Below are positions 29,651 through 40,626 of a DNA stretch of 64,000 nt, piece after piece. This stretch comes from a virus: the IMG/VR virus record IMGVR_UViG_3300048672_000475, positions 1 to 64,000 of that record. One strand, 5' to 3'. A program made the translations under genes and the position numbers. Every line of letters starts with the position of its first letter. Position 1 is the stretch's first letter. The notes beneath the pieces are model-generated. The model made no database searches. It saw only the letters and a program-made list of their open reading frames with translations, and had not been told where the DNA came from.

Positions 29651-32272
29651 ATGGCAGACTTAATACCTGATTTGGAGCAAGCAAGGCGCTTCCTCGAAAT
29701 CCTCGACCCCGGCGCAAATACGCGGTCATTACTGGAGGATAGGCCCGATGGCTTTACGTTCCAGACATTCGATGACTCCAAGGATCGCAAGGACCGTACT
29801 TTAGCGCGAATTCTTACCGGTACGCTGGATGCGCTATCCGATACGCTGGTTCAGTTTAACGACCGAGGGGCCGGCATCTTCGTTACCGTTAACGAAACCG
29901 ACGGGCGAGGTCGTAAATTGGCTAACCTGGAGCGCATACGTTGCTGTTGGGTCGAAGACGACGAGGGGCTGGGCATCGCTACGCCGGTCGAGCCTCATCT
30001 GGTTACCGAAACTAGCCCTGGAAAATACCATAAACTGTTTTTAGTTGATGGGCTGACCATAGAGCAGCACGCGCAAATTCAGGATGTTCTGGTAGCCGAG
30101 TACGGTAGTGACCCCAATGCTAAGGACGCGGTGCGCGTACTACGACCCGCAGGATTCTACCACCGAAAAGGCGAGCCTTTTATGGTGCGGATTATCCATG
30201 AGTCCGGTAAACCACCGTATACGGCGGATGACTTGCTGGAGGCGTTTAAGCCCAATCCCAACGCACCTCAGCGGGTATCGCCGGCCAAAAAGAAACGGGA
30301 TTCTTCCGCTATTACCCGCACTCAACCTTCCGATGATGGGTATATCCCGCTATCGGAAGCGGACGGCGCGCTGCCTCTACCCGATATTAACGAGGATAAC
30401 GCAGCCAAATACCTGCCTAAAGCGGGCGAGCAGTCATATTCCCAATGGCGGGATGTGGGCATGGCGCTGCACCACCAATTTGACGGATCTCTTGACGGGT
30501 TGCTGATATTTGACGAATGGTCGCAGAATGTTCGCAGTTACAAAGGGTTTGAGGACGTATCGAACGCATGGGATAATTTTGGCAAACGCACCGATGGCCC
30601 GCTGGTTACGTTTCGCTCTTTAGTCAAAGAGTACAACATCCGGAACCAAAAAGACCGATCCGCGCAGGCAAACGCCAACGTAACTAAGGCTGAAAAGCTA
30701 CTGAATAGCTGCACCGATTACAACATCCTGGTTACCGATATAGCCGCCAAACTGTGGCAGTTATCCCACGGCAACGTGTCGCTGGAAAAAGATTTTAAGG
30801 CTGCTTTGATCACAAAGTACGCAGAATTGCGTCCTGGGCACACGCTGACAGGCGCGGAGGCTTTGCGCGCTATGAAGTCCCGCAGGGCGGTCGCCGCAGC
30901 GCGTAGCGTAGACGAAATCGACGTTAATTATGCGGATGCACCAGAATGGTCAAAAAACTGGGTCTGGATTTCGGAAGAAGAGATATTTTTCAACGTAGAT
31001 ACACGGGGCAAGCTGACAAACTCCGGTTTCCGAGCGATGTTTGATTGCCGGCTTCCTGTTGGTGAGGGCATGCCCACCGATGCTGCGAGGTACGTGCGCA
31101 ACAACAACTATATCCCGAAAGTCATGCGCTCGATGTACGCGCCGAATTTGAATTCGCTGTTCGATTACCAAGGCGTATCCCACGTCAACACATACAGCCC
31201 CATAGGCCGAGCGGTAATACCCGAGGTCATCCAGCGACCGGATGCAGTAGCAACCTTCAAAAAGCATATCGAGCTGATATGCGGGGGTTGGAATCGGGAA
31301 GCCCAATTACTGTGCAATTACCTGACCGCCGTAACCGCCGAACGACCGTTGAAGGTACGGTGGGCGCCCTTGATTATCGGTGAATACGGCGACGGTAAAA
31401 GCTTACTTTCGACATTCATCAAAGCGGCGGTCGGCGCGGCGAACGCTAGGACCATCCATGGGCAGTCCATCATGGCTAGTTCGGCCTCCGGGCAAACAGG
31501 CTGGGCCGAGGGTACTGTATTCTGCACCATCGAAGAAGTTAAATTCCATGGGCATAACCGGCACGACGCGCTGAATCTTCTGAAGACCTACATCACAAAT
31601 GACGATGTGGGCGTTAAAAAGATGTACCAGGAGATTCAGTCCATACCGAACACGCAGAACTATATGCTGTATTCTAACTACAAGGACGCAGCCCCAATCG
31701 ATAAGGGCGACCGTCGGTATTACATTTTGTTTTCCAAGCTCGACCTGGACAAAATGAAAGAGGATAAAACCGACAATTCCTATTTCGACCGTTTAACGGA
31801 TGCCGCTAAAAACGACGCCGGCGACATTATGCTTTGGTTGCGTACAGTACCGGTGCATCCGGATTTCCATCCTAACGGCCACGCACCGATGACCGATGAT
31901 AAACAAACCGTTTTGCGGATCGTAAAAGACGACATGATCGAAGAGGTCCATGAGATGCTGGAGGATAGCAAAGAGCCGCTATATGGTTCTCAGGTTGTGT
32001 CCTTCACGCCGCTATTTAACGCCCTCATGGTGCGGTCAAATGGCGCGTTGAAACCAAACGAGAAGCATAAATTAACTCGGGCGCTACTGGAACTTGGGTT
32101 TACAAAACTTGACCGTTGCCGGTTGCCCATCAACTACGATGGTGATAACCGGCATGCCTTATGGGCAAAGGTCAAAGAGGTAGGCGAAAGCCTGGAAAAA
32201 GCTCGGGCTATTGTGATCGAGCGGCATAAACGAATCGAACATACCGGGTTAGGTATGGAAGATTTACTATAA
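29651..32272 (+). CDS. Primase-helicase (RepB-type primase, PriCT-2, SF3/DUF5906-like NTPase)
   Basis: FTFQTFDD, ETSPGKYH, RVLRPAGF; W..VGMALH..FDEWS; GEYGDGKS, IEE, DRRY. Confidence 0.88.
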   Translation: MADLIPDLEQARRFLEILDPGANTRSLLEDRPDGFTFQTFDDSKDRKDRTLARILTGTLDALSDTLVQFNDRGAGIFVTVNETDGRGRKLANLERIRCCWVEDDEGLGIATPVEPHLVTETSPGKYHKLFLVDGLTIEQHAQIQDVLVAEYGSDPNAKDAVRVLRPAGFYHRKGEPFMVRIIHESGKPPYTADDLLEAFKPNPNAPQRVSPAKKKRDSSAITRTQPSDDGYIPLSEADGALPLPDINEDNAAKYLPKAGEQSYSQWRDVGMALHHQFDGSLDGLLIFDEWSQNVRSYKGFEDVSNAWDNFGKRTDGPLVTFRSLVKEYNIRNQKDRSAQANANVTKAEKLLNSCTDYNILVTDIAAKLWQLSHGNVSLEKDFKAALITKYAELRPGHTLTGAEALRAMKSRRAVAAARSVDEIDVNYADAPEWSKNWVWISEEEIFFNVDTRGKLTNSGFRAMFDCRLPVGEGMPTDAARYVRNNNYIPKVMRSMYAPNLNSLFDYQGVSHVNTYSPIGRAVIPEVIQRPDAVATFKKHIELICGGWNREAQLLCNYLTAVTAERPLKVRWAPLIIGEYGDGKSLLSTFIKAAVGAANARTIHGQSIMASSASGQTGWAEGTVFCTIEEVKFHGHNRHDALNLLKTYITNDDVGVKKMYQEIQSIPNTQNYMLYSNYKDAAPIDKGDRRYYILFSKLDLDKMKEDKTDNSYFDRLTDAAKNDAGDIMLWLRTVPVHPDFHPNGHAPMTDDKQTVLRIVKDDMIEEVHEMLEDSKEPLYGSQVVSFTPLFNALMVRSNGALKPNEKHKLTRALLELGFTKLDRCRLPINYDGDNRHALWAKVKEVGESLEKARAIVIERHKRIEHTGLGMEDLL

Positions 32273-32295
32273 TTTTTAAACTGGAGATTTCCAAT

Positions 32296-32691
32296 ATGAG
32301 TATTTTTAAAGACCAAGCTGATTTTATGACCCTGGCCAACCAATCATTAGGTGTTGGTCGTACTAATCAAGCGGATATGTATGCCACGCTGATTGGCGAA
32401 GAAAGCCTGGAATTCGCTGAAACACAGTACCACGATTACGTAGGCCATCTTACGGATGATGTGAAAGAAGCCCTGGATAACATAGTCGTCGCTGCGGGTT
32501 TCTTGAACACCGTGCTCGGGCCTGATAAAGCGCAAATGGCTTGGAATCTGGTCCACGAAACCAATCTGGCAAAGCTGAAGGGTAGCGTCGAAAAACGCGA
32601 TGACGGCAAGGTGGTGGTGTCTAGGGAATGGAAAGAGGCGATGAAGAAAAAGCTGAAAGAAGATTTGCTGGCGCTGGAGAATGCCCCATGA
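32296..32691 (+). CDS. MazG/PRA-PH-like NTP pyrophosphohydrolase
   Basis: LIGEESLEF, EALD, VHETNLAK, RDDGKV. Confidence 0.75.
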   Translation: MSIFKDQADFMTLANQSLGVGRTNQADMYATLIGEESLEFAETQYHDYVGHLTDDVKEALDNIVVAAGFLNTVLGPDKAQMAWNLVHETNLAKLKGSVEKRDDGKVVVSREWKEAMKKKLKEDLLALENAP

Positions 32692-33074
32692 TCGTCGTCA
32701 CCGACATTCAATATTATGAAGTGATGGGTGACGAACACGCGATATATCGGGCTCCGGGTGGCCGCCCTTGCAGAACAAGAACCCCCGAGGGGTATTCTTG
32801 GAAACTACCTGAAGTAATCCGGGAGGATATTAAAGGGCGCCGCTTTATACGAGGGGATAAAGAGATAATCGTAGGCCTATCAGACGAAGTAGCTGATGTG
32901 TTCCATATGCAAAAAGCTGCATGGGATTATATGGAGTCAACCATAACTGGCCTTTCGCAATTGCAGGCTGGTACCGCGCATCGGTTATCCCTGGCAACGG
33001 ATAAGTTGGAGTCGCTCGGCTCCGCTTCCTGGCGACAGCGGTTAAAGTGGTTGTTTACAGGTATTCCTACCTAA
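32688..33074 (+). CDS. Hypothetical protein
   Basis: ATGA-coupled to the upstream gene. Confidence 0.6.
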   Translation: MIVVTDIQYYEVMGDEHAIYRAPGGRPCRTRTPEGYSWKLPEVIREDIKGRRFIRGDKEIIVGLSDEVADVFHMQKAAWDYMESTITGLSQLQAGTAHRLSLATDKLESLGSASWRQRLKWLFTGIPT

Positions 33075-33075
33075 C

Positions 33076-33107
33076 AAAAAAGAAGCCCTCGAAAGAGGGC
33101 TTTTTAT
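33076..33107. terminator. Bidirectional intrinsic terminator
   Basis: AAAAAAGAAGCCCTC-GAAA-GAGGGCTTTTTATT between convergent genes. Confidence 0.85.
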
Positions 33108-33319
33108 TACGCGTCTGAAAGGACAATATCAATTAGGAGGTCCAGGTACTTGATCTTTTCCTCCAGGAAATGTACTTCGGCTACATGTCGTTGGTAACTT
33201 GGACTCTCCTGGCAATGCTCGCACATCGAAAAAACGTCATGACTCATAAGTTCCGATAACTTTATCTCCGCTCTGAACTTGTGACTATACATTTCGGCTA
33301 TCAATCTTTTATTTACCAT

Positions 33320-34250
33320 CTAAAAATCCTCCTCTGTTAACACGTAGGGCTTGGTATCAATCACCTGATAAAAATCTATTTTAAGATACTTAGCGATCCA
33401 CGCTTCTAGCATGTCTTCGAGTTCTTTTTCGGCGGCAGCGTCGACATTATCCAACACAGACTCCGCATACTCACCGCCTAAATCCCAAGCCGCATTTTCA
33501 AATTGTTCTATTACCCATTCTACGTTAAACAAGTCCGAGGGTTTGTACTTACGATACCTCCCGACGTAAACCGTATCCCCCGCCGACAAATAATCGTTGT
33601 TGTTTAGGAGGTCGCTCAATTCAATGCAGTTGTAGTCATCATCGTTAGCAGACCAAGCCTCCAAAATTTCCGGTTCTTTTTTCCCGAAAATCCGGTCCCA
33701 GTTTTCCCTAAACTTCTGCCTGTCTGTAATCGGCCTAGGGTACGACCCCTTACCGCCTTGCCATTTACCGCTCATTTTGCGCCTCCAATTTCGCTAAAAG
33801 TATAATTTTCGTTTCGTGATACTCGCCGGAGTACAGGGGATATAGTTTGATGACTTCTATCTCATCAGGGCGTACCTCACCTCTTCTAGTCGCTAAAAAC
33901 TCTTCCTCAGTTAAAACGTAATCCAAATACTTCAGTTCGTACAGCTTCCTTAGCTGCCTAGCCGATATGTAGTGCGTCTGACCATCGTTTTTAGAGCGCA
34001 CGTAACCGGGGCATAAAACCCACAATAAGATCTTTTTCTTTTCGGGTCTGAAAGAGTTTTTAACAACTACGTTATGGAACGGCGTATCCTCGCCTTCTTG
34101 GACGTGGTTTACTTCTACACTTAGTATGCTATCCAGTATTTTAGGCCCCGGCTTCTTGCCGAAAATCCGGTCCCAGTTTTCCCCGAACTTCTGCCTGTCT
34201 GTAATCGGCCTAGGGTCCGATCCCTTACCGCCTTGCCATTTACCGCTCAT
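33320..34250 (-). CDS. Two genes (33320-33775, 33765-34250) sharing a 33-aa N-terminus
   Basis: MSGKWQGGKGS.PRPITDRQKF.ENWDRIFGKK in both. Confidence 0.75.
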
Positions 34251-34263
34251 TTTGTGCCTCCAG
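33684..34263. repeat. About 105-bp imperfect direct repeat (33684-33788, 34159-34263)
   Basis: Direct comparison of the two copies. Confidence 0.9.
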
Positions 34264-34419
34264 TTTTCGTTTTCTCGTTTGTTCGGCCTTGCGTTTTCTC
34301 GCGCAGCTATTGTGGTATTCTTTGTTCGGTACGGTAGTATACAGAGGTCGGCCACAGTACCTGCAAGGGTCTGCGCGGCGCCATGGCCGTAGCGTTAATA
34401 TGGCCTCCTGCGGTATCAC
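34240..34419 (-). CDS. 59-aa Zn-finger-like ORF missing from the ORF track
   Basis: GTG-coupled start; CRYC...HNSC; ends KLEAQNER. Confidence 0.55.
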   Translation of the reverse strand: MIPQEAILTLRPWRRADPCRYCGRPLYTTVPNKEYHNSCARKRKAEQTRKRKLEAQNER

Positions 34420-34789
34420 TGCCTAGCTCTCAAAAGAGTTATTACGGCGGCTAGCGCTTCTGCGTAGCCATGCTTGTATCCCTCGTCATACTGCGCAGTG
34501 TTTTTGCTAATCGCGGTATCGACGCCCCGTATCCGGTAGTCAAATGCCGGGTTCCACGATGGCGTCCCCGCTACCTCCAGCCACGGGTCATCGCCGTATT
34601 TAAACTCTAACGGAGGGCGACCACTGCGCTCCCAGTATAACTTCAGGGTGTCATGCTTGCTTTGCGTTGTGCGACTCATGTAGTACCTCTTATCAAATGC
34701 GTGCTGCCATGGTTTACTGTTTAAGTTGATTGGCGGGCAATAAATTTTGATTTGAACCTCCCCATGCCTGAAGGCAGGGGGATTCCTGA

Positions 34790-35842
34790 CTACGCCAGAC
34801 ATTGGCGTACCTCGTGGGCCGTTCCAGCCCCGGAAATTAGAGTGTTGATCGCTGCATTTACGTCGCGATCATGATGCGTTCCACACGCCGAACACTCCCA
34901 ATCCCTCACCGACAGTCCTGCTAATCCTGTAGGGCCTGTTAGGCTCCCGCAAGTTGAGCAAATCCTGGTGGAATTTTTGGAAGCAACCTCGACATATTGA
35001 GTACCGCCTGCACGGCTCTTGTACTCAAGCATTGACCGAAGTTGTGCGTGACCGCTTGAGGCCACGCTCTTCCCGAATTTCTTGGCAATCCCTTTGATAT
35101 TATCTTTGGAAAAATAGATAACGGTATTTTCCTGTACCAAACGTAATGACAACTTATGATTTCTGTCCTTGCGTTGGTTCCGAATGCGCTCATGCTGCCT
35201 TGCTACTAATTTCCTGTTAATGCCACGTTGCGCCTGAGCCAAGCGTTTTGCGGATTGATGCAATTCTTTTGGATGGTCAATCTTTTCGCCGTTTGAAGTC
35301 GTTAGCAAATCCTTGAAACCGGGATCAATGCCGATAACGCCCTCTGCCTTGCGCGCTATCGTCTTGCGCTCGGAATCAATAAACAGACACAAATACCAGC
35401 CGGATGCGCGCTTAACGATACGACCACATTTGATTTTGCCCACTGGAATATCTTGCTTATGGAACCGGACAGTTCCTATTCCAGGCAATTTGACATGATT
35501 GTTTTCCGGCGTACGGATAGGATCGGGAAACGGGATGCTGTTTAATTTGTTACGCATTCCTTTTAACTTAGGTTTGCCGCCAATCTTTTTAAAACAACGC
35601 TTCCACGCTATATAGGCAGTTGCCAACATGCCTTGTACGGTATGGCTTGGAATACCGATTTTCTTGCCATGATCCGCCAACAGGTTTTGAAAACCATTCG
35701 GTGTGTAATAGATACCACCTTTTGAGTCATTCTCTATTTTACGGATAGCCCAATTCCAGACGCCCGTAAGCATAAATAACCATACGTCCAACAATGAAGA
35801 CTGAACAACGTTGAGCCTAAGTTTTAATTGAGTCTGGATCAT
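34790..35842 (-). CDS. tnpB: TnpB RNA-guided nuclease homologue (catalytic Glu apparently absent)
   Basis: GIDPG, CSTCG/CSACG Zn finger, HDRDVNAAIN. Confidence 0.92.
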   Translation of the reverse strand: MIQTQLKLRLNVVQSSLLDVWLFMLTGVWNWAIRKIENDSKGGIYYTPNGFQNLLADHGKKIGIPSHTVQGMLATAYIAWKRCFKKIGGKPKLKGMRNKLNSIPFPDPIRTPENNHVKLPGIGTVRFHKQDIPVGKIKCGRIVKRASGWYLCLFIDSERKTIARKAEGVIGIDPGFKDLLTTSNGEKIDHPKELHQSAKRLAQAQRGINRKLVARQHERIRNQRKDRNHKLSLRLVQENTVIYFSKDNIKGIAKKFGKSVASSGHAQLRSMLEYKSRAGGTQYVEVASKNSTRICSTCGSLTGPTGLAGLSVRDWECSACGTHHDRDVNAAINTLISGAGTAHEVRQCLA

Positions 35843-35845
35843 CGG

Positions 35846-36253
35846 TTAAACCTGCTTTTGGTTCTCAATATACTGTTTAATTATTTCCAACGGCGCACCG
35901 CCCACGGTGGAAACAAAATAAGAATTAGTCCAAAGCGTCGGCAGCCTGGATTTAAGCTGTTTAAACTCAAGCCGTAAAACGCGCGATGTCCTACCCTTAA
36001 TGGTTTTAACCAGGCGATGAATGCCAAACTGTGGATCGACCTCAACCAACAAATGTACGTGATCCGGCATAACCTCTAACTCAATCATCTCTGATTTAAA
36101 CTCGATACATACGTCTTGTATAATTTCTTTAAGTCTGGTTTCTATAGTACCAATTAAAACTTTTCGTCGGTACTTGGGGCACCATACGACGTGGTACTTA
36201 CACGAATAAACCACATTGCTGTTTGACTTATATTTTATGCTAAAATTGCTCAT
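35846..36253 (-). CDS. tnpA: Y1 HUH transposase
   Basis: YHVVWCPKYRR, DHVHLL, LWTNSYF, YIENQ. Confidence 0.96.
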   Translation of the reverse strand: MSNFSIKYKSNSNVVYSCKYHVVWCPKYRRKVLIGTIETRLKEIIQDVCIEFKSEMIELEVMPDHVHLLVEVDPQFGIHRLVKTIKGRTSRVLRLEFKQLKSRLPTLWTNSYFVSTVGGAPLEIIKQYIENQKQV

Positions 36254-36857
36254 GTAATCAGTATACAGGTATTAGCTATATAGTCAATCAAAGATCAAAA
36301 TCGCGCGACTTGACCCCATATCTATAAGTTAGGGGGTTGCGCCGCGCTCTTGTTCAATATTCTTTCTAGTAGTTGTCGGCTCATCCTAGTTCTCCCGCTT
36401 TGCTTCACTATCCAACCCTAAAGCCCGTAGGTAACGTGAATACGCATCGAGCTTTGCCCTACATAACTGCATTTTCAGTTCTTCTACAATAAGCTGGCTC
36501 CTAGCGAGATCCGCGTAGGCGGCTAGCACTTCCGCGTTTATTTTTGCCTGGGCGGTCATTTGTTTTCTCCAGTTTTTCGTCAAAATACGGGCGCTCACGC
36601 TCCGTCGTTATCCTCGCCCTCATAGACGGCTTGGTACGCGGCTATAAATGGCGCCAGCGTCATTTTTGGTTGGTATTTGGTAGCCGGTGGCAACTTGGCT
36701 GCTGCCGGTGAAATCATATCCGCGAACCGTTTTAAGATTTCCCGATATTTTTCTATTTCATTCGCCATTGTCATCATCACCCCTACGACAAGCGTATAAA
36801 AAAGCGACTAACAGTAAGCCGCCCACTATTTGTAATGTGATAAACATATCCAGCCAT

Positions 36858-37088
36858 TCAGTTTCTACTAACATTGTATCGCTCCTCGATCACTTGGCAG
36901 TCTATACAGCGTACTACGCCGGTTATAGCCGCCCGCTTGTGGGGTATGTCGACACCGCAATCGATGCAGACTTTTTCGCCCTTATCGTTATACTCAGGGG
37001 CATGCTGCTCCCGGTGTACATGCTTGAGAATTGCGCGCGCTATGCTAGCAATCTCTAGGTCGGAGCTAAAATCTGCGTCGTCGGGCAT
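36858..37088 (-). CDS. TraR/DksA C4 zinc-finger protein
   Basis: N-terminal MPDDAD; CIDCG.DIP..R......RCIDCQ. Confidence 0.85.
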   Translation of the reverse strand: MPDDADFSSDLEIASIARAILKHVHREQHAPEYNDKGEKVCIDCGVDIPHKRAAITGVVRCIDCQVIEERYNVSRN

Positions 37089-37123
37089 CGGAGGTTTCCT
37101 CGGTATAAAAAGTTAAGTATCTA

Positions 37124-37489
37124 ATCGGCATTTTAGGGATTAGTCAAGTAATTACCACGGCCTGTTAGCTACAAATACGCGGTATTGCCCAGCGCACCCA
37201 TTTTGCGAAATTTCTCGTAGCTCACCCAGTTCCACCAGCCTATCTATACACGCTAGCATGTGCCAGCTATCGCCGGCTACGCCTCTTATAATCTCTTGCG
37301 CTCGCGCAGCCCCCGCTTCTGCTATTAAGGTTTTAGCCCTATCCCTAATAGCAAGAAACATTACTTGGCCCTGCTCGGTAAATACGATTTCTCTTTCGGT
37401 TTGGTAATCATACATAGCAATTCTCCACTATCAATTAGCCAAGTTGGCTGCCAAAATAATCCTGCATCGGCATTTTAGGGATTAGTCAA
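37124..37489. repeat. 24-bp perfect direct repeat flanking one gene
   Basis: ATCGGCATTTTAGGGATTAGTCAA at 37124 and 37466. Confidence 0.9.
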
Positions 37490-39052
37490 CAATATCTTGC
37501 GGTGCTTGTACAACGCAATTTTCCAGTCTGCGTTCGGCAGCGAACGTGAAATATTCTCTGTCCTCCCGTCTTCCGAATCTTCTCTCCAGGCTGCTCTGCC
37601 GCATGTCGGCTTCTTCTCGTAGGCATACCACATACCATCCTCATCCTGCGCCACCCAGTTGGTCCACTCAGGTAAATCGGATGGGTCGAAAGGCGCTGTG
37701 TGCGGGAAATACCGGGGGAACCGAGGGCCGTTAGAAGACTCGGTAACGTCCGATAGCGCTTGCGGGGTGCTCACCTCGTTTAGCCCTTGTAGCAAGAGAG
37801 TTATTTCGCCCTGCATGCCTTCTACGATGTCGCGAAGGCCTTGGTTCTCGGCCTGTATGCGCTCCAGCTTTTTGGCTTTATATTGGAGATCCGCAATCGC
37901 TGTTGTTGCATCCGCCATCCCCCTATCGAATCGCGAACCGTCGAACATAGGGTCCAGGTCGTCCATATCGTACCCATACTTGAGTATTTGCGTTGCCGCG
38001 TAGCCATAGCCGTTGTCGTATTCTTCTTTCGCGGCCTCATCCGCTTTGCTTTCCAGCCATTTTTCGATTCGTTTAAACATGTTCTATTCTCCAGTTTTAG
38101 GTATCGGCTCTTGACAGACAGGGCAATCGATAAACGCTACCCAGTCATCACCGTACAGCATAGCTTTCGTTTCATCTATGGAAGCTCCATCATCGACCCA
38201 GATATTTTTGGGGAAAATAAGCTTATCCTTATTAAGTACCGTTCCGCAGTTATCACAGCTAATTAAATTCATGTCGTTCTCCAGTTTGTTCTTGTCTACC
38301 CGCCTATATGAGTCGTGGGTTCACCGTTCGGATTTCTCGGCACGCTTCCAACCCACTCCGCACCGTCGTAGCAAACCGGAAAATACACGTAGTTTCGGGT
38401 CCACGCGGTAAACGGCCTACCTTCTTCGCTCCCATACCCACAATTAAATTCTTCTTCCAATTCATCCGCGTTAAGGGTTATGGATTCTACGTCCCCAAAA
38501 GTTTCGCCTCGTTCATCCAGTGCTTTGGTAATCGCTTTTGTCCAGTTAGTCATCATGATCTATTCTCCAGTTTGTTCTTGGTTATGGGTTACGGCGCGGT
38601 GAAACTTAGAACCGCCCGCCTGTGTAGAAGTGCGTCTTCCTTAGTGAGATGGATAAAGCCCATCGAGAGATATTTGTTGATGTGGTACCCTGGGTCCCAC
38701 CCCGTACGGGCGAAGAAGCTTATTACGTCCGACTCATTAGGCCCGTTAAAATTGGGAGCCCAATAGCATTCGCAGCGCGTAGGGTCTACTTGTCGAACCG
38801 GTTCAGGCACCTCAAAGTCGTTTATCAGAATTGTTTTTGGCTTTACCTGCAACGCATCAAAGGCTGGGACGCCGTTAGATTCAGTCCAGATAGACCCTTC
38901 ATAGTTACTGTTTCTATATTCAATTCTACCGTCTTTTAGCCTATATTCGTTCATGCTTCCGTTAGTGGTTGTTAGCGTTTCTCCAGCTAACAAGGCCTCA
39001 AACATTTCGGTATAGTCTCTCATTTCTATTCTCCAGTTTGTATTCAGTAGGC

Positions 39053-39082
39053 ACTATATCGTGTCATATGCTGTAGTGTCAA
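39053..39082 (-). promoter_or_regulatory. sigma70-type promoter
   Basis: TTGACA-18-TATAGT. Confidence 0.65.
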
Positions 39083-40626
39083 CCTAAAATAAGCCCGACC
39101 TCACAATGGCTTCTATCTGATCTAGCTGTAACGTCGGCATCACCAATCTTCGGCTGGGCCGACGCCAAAAATATTTGAGTTCCAGGGATCGTAAATCGCT
39201 ACCGGACATCTTAATAGCGTAATCTTTTACGCCTCTAACGCGAATTACATTTCCGCTTTTCATGTATATTTCCAGTTTCATAGTCCTACCTATACGTGTT
39301 GGCCAGCCATTCTATATTGGCAGGCTTTAATTTTTTGGGTGCCTTATGCGCCAAAGTTCCTTTCTGCCTCCTACAATCGCACGCTACGCAGCAGGGTTTA
39401 CCAGAAGGTGGCGTGTTCGGGCTTAGCAATTCGCCGCGCTTGTGCTGATTGCAATAGTAGCAATAGAAGTAGTGGTCGCTCATAGCGGCAACGACATTAG
39501 ACTTGCCACGATAATGATGGCCCATACCTGCCAAGTGTCGGGGCCGAACCCCATCTGCGCCAAGATAGCTCCGATGACTGCAGATGATAAAATGTTGAGC
39601 ATTAGCTTAAGCCTTTTCATTTTCAATTCTCCAGTTAATGGTTCCGGCTATCCGGACCTCGGCGAATAAATCCGAGGGCGTCTATTTGATCTTGGTCTTC
39701 GCCGGTACAAAATTCTTCGTACTGATCGCCGAACCAATACCAATACCAACGGCTTAAACGCTCTTTCAACCGCTTAATCATTTTCAATTCTCCAGTTATA
39801 TGTTCGCCAGATGGTCGGGTTACTCAGGTTTGAACCGCGCGTTGTAAACGCGGGTTGCGTTCTCGTATTCCGCGTCAAACTCGCTCTGCGCTTGCTTGGT
39901 AACGATATAGTTCTGCAACTGTGCCTCTGTCATGCGCTTGAACTGGTTGGTTTCAAAGATGTAATCCTCGTATCCGTCCCGGTACTGCGCGGCGAACTCT
40001 GGGGGAGATGGCGGGTTATACCGGGCGCCGGCTTTAGAGTCGGAATACCCATCATAGTAAAAACTGTTTTGTTGGTCCTGGTTCATCATTGTAGTACCTC
40101 GGTTGTAGGGTGGTGTGGGGTAGTAGGATGCGGCATATGAAATGCTATGACATCCATAATGTCTACCACTATATTTTTTACGACTATCGGATCTAAGTCC
40201 AGTGTCTCCAGTACTTTCTCGATGTCGTTTCTTAACTTTACGTTTACGGGCATTTTCTCTTCTCCAGTTTTAAATTAGCAGTCGCAATCCATGGTCGGGT
40301 TAGCCTAGTCCTTCCAGTGGGTCTAGCAAGGCGGATTGAATTTTCAAGGTTTACCCCCGTATGCCGCATCCACCGCTTGCATTAGCATAGCGACAAACTC
40401 ATCCACTTCTAATTTGAAATTATTAATTTCTATCACGTACGGCGGCAGATTTTCTTGCGGGATGCCTCGATACCGCTCTATATACCCTTTGGTAACCGAG
40501 TTCGGCGGAGTTATACCCTTATTCATCTGGTCTATAGTATGTAATCGCATTGCCACGATGCGTGTAAACTTCTCTGCTAATAGTCTTCTTGGTGACATGA
40601 TTTACTCCCCTGTTTCGAGGGTCGGG

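Larger units (their letters stand above)
34752..36352 (-). mobile_element. IS200/IS605-family element (tnpA + tnpB)
   Basis: Left-end hairpin after TTGAA; right end GAATCCCCCTGCCTTCAGGCATGGGGAGG-TTCAA; lower GC than the flanks. Confidence 0.88.
36386..40598 (-). other. Array of about 15 small hypothetical genes, mostly with AACTGGAG RBS
   Basis: e.g. 37152-37415, 37475-38080, 38084-38272, 38296-38556, 38589-39023, 39084-39281, 39820-40089, 40344-40598. Confidence 0.7.

Noticed and set aside
34416-34802. 128-aa ORF starting inside the IS right end
   Set aside because: The N-terminal part is translated IS end and flank; the likely start is the GAGG-preceded ATG at 34679
40300-40360. Programmed -1 frameshift adding a DPLEGLG tail
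   Set aside because: No proper slippery heptamer; more likely a duplication remnant
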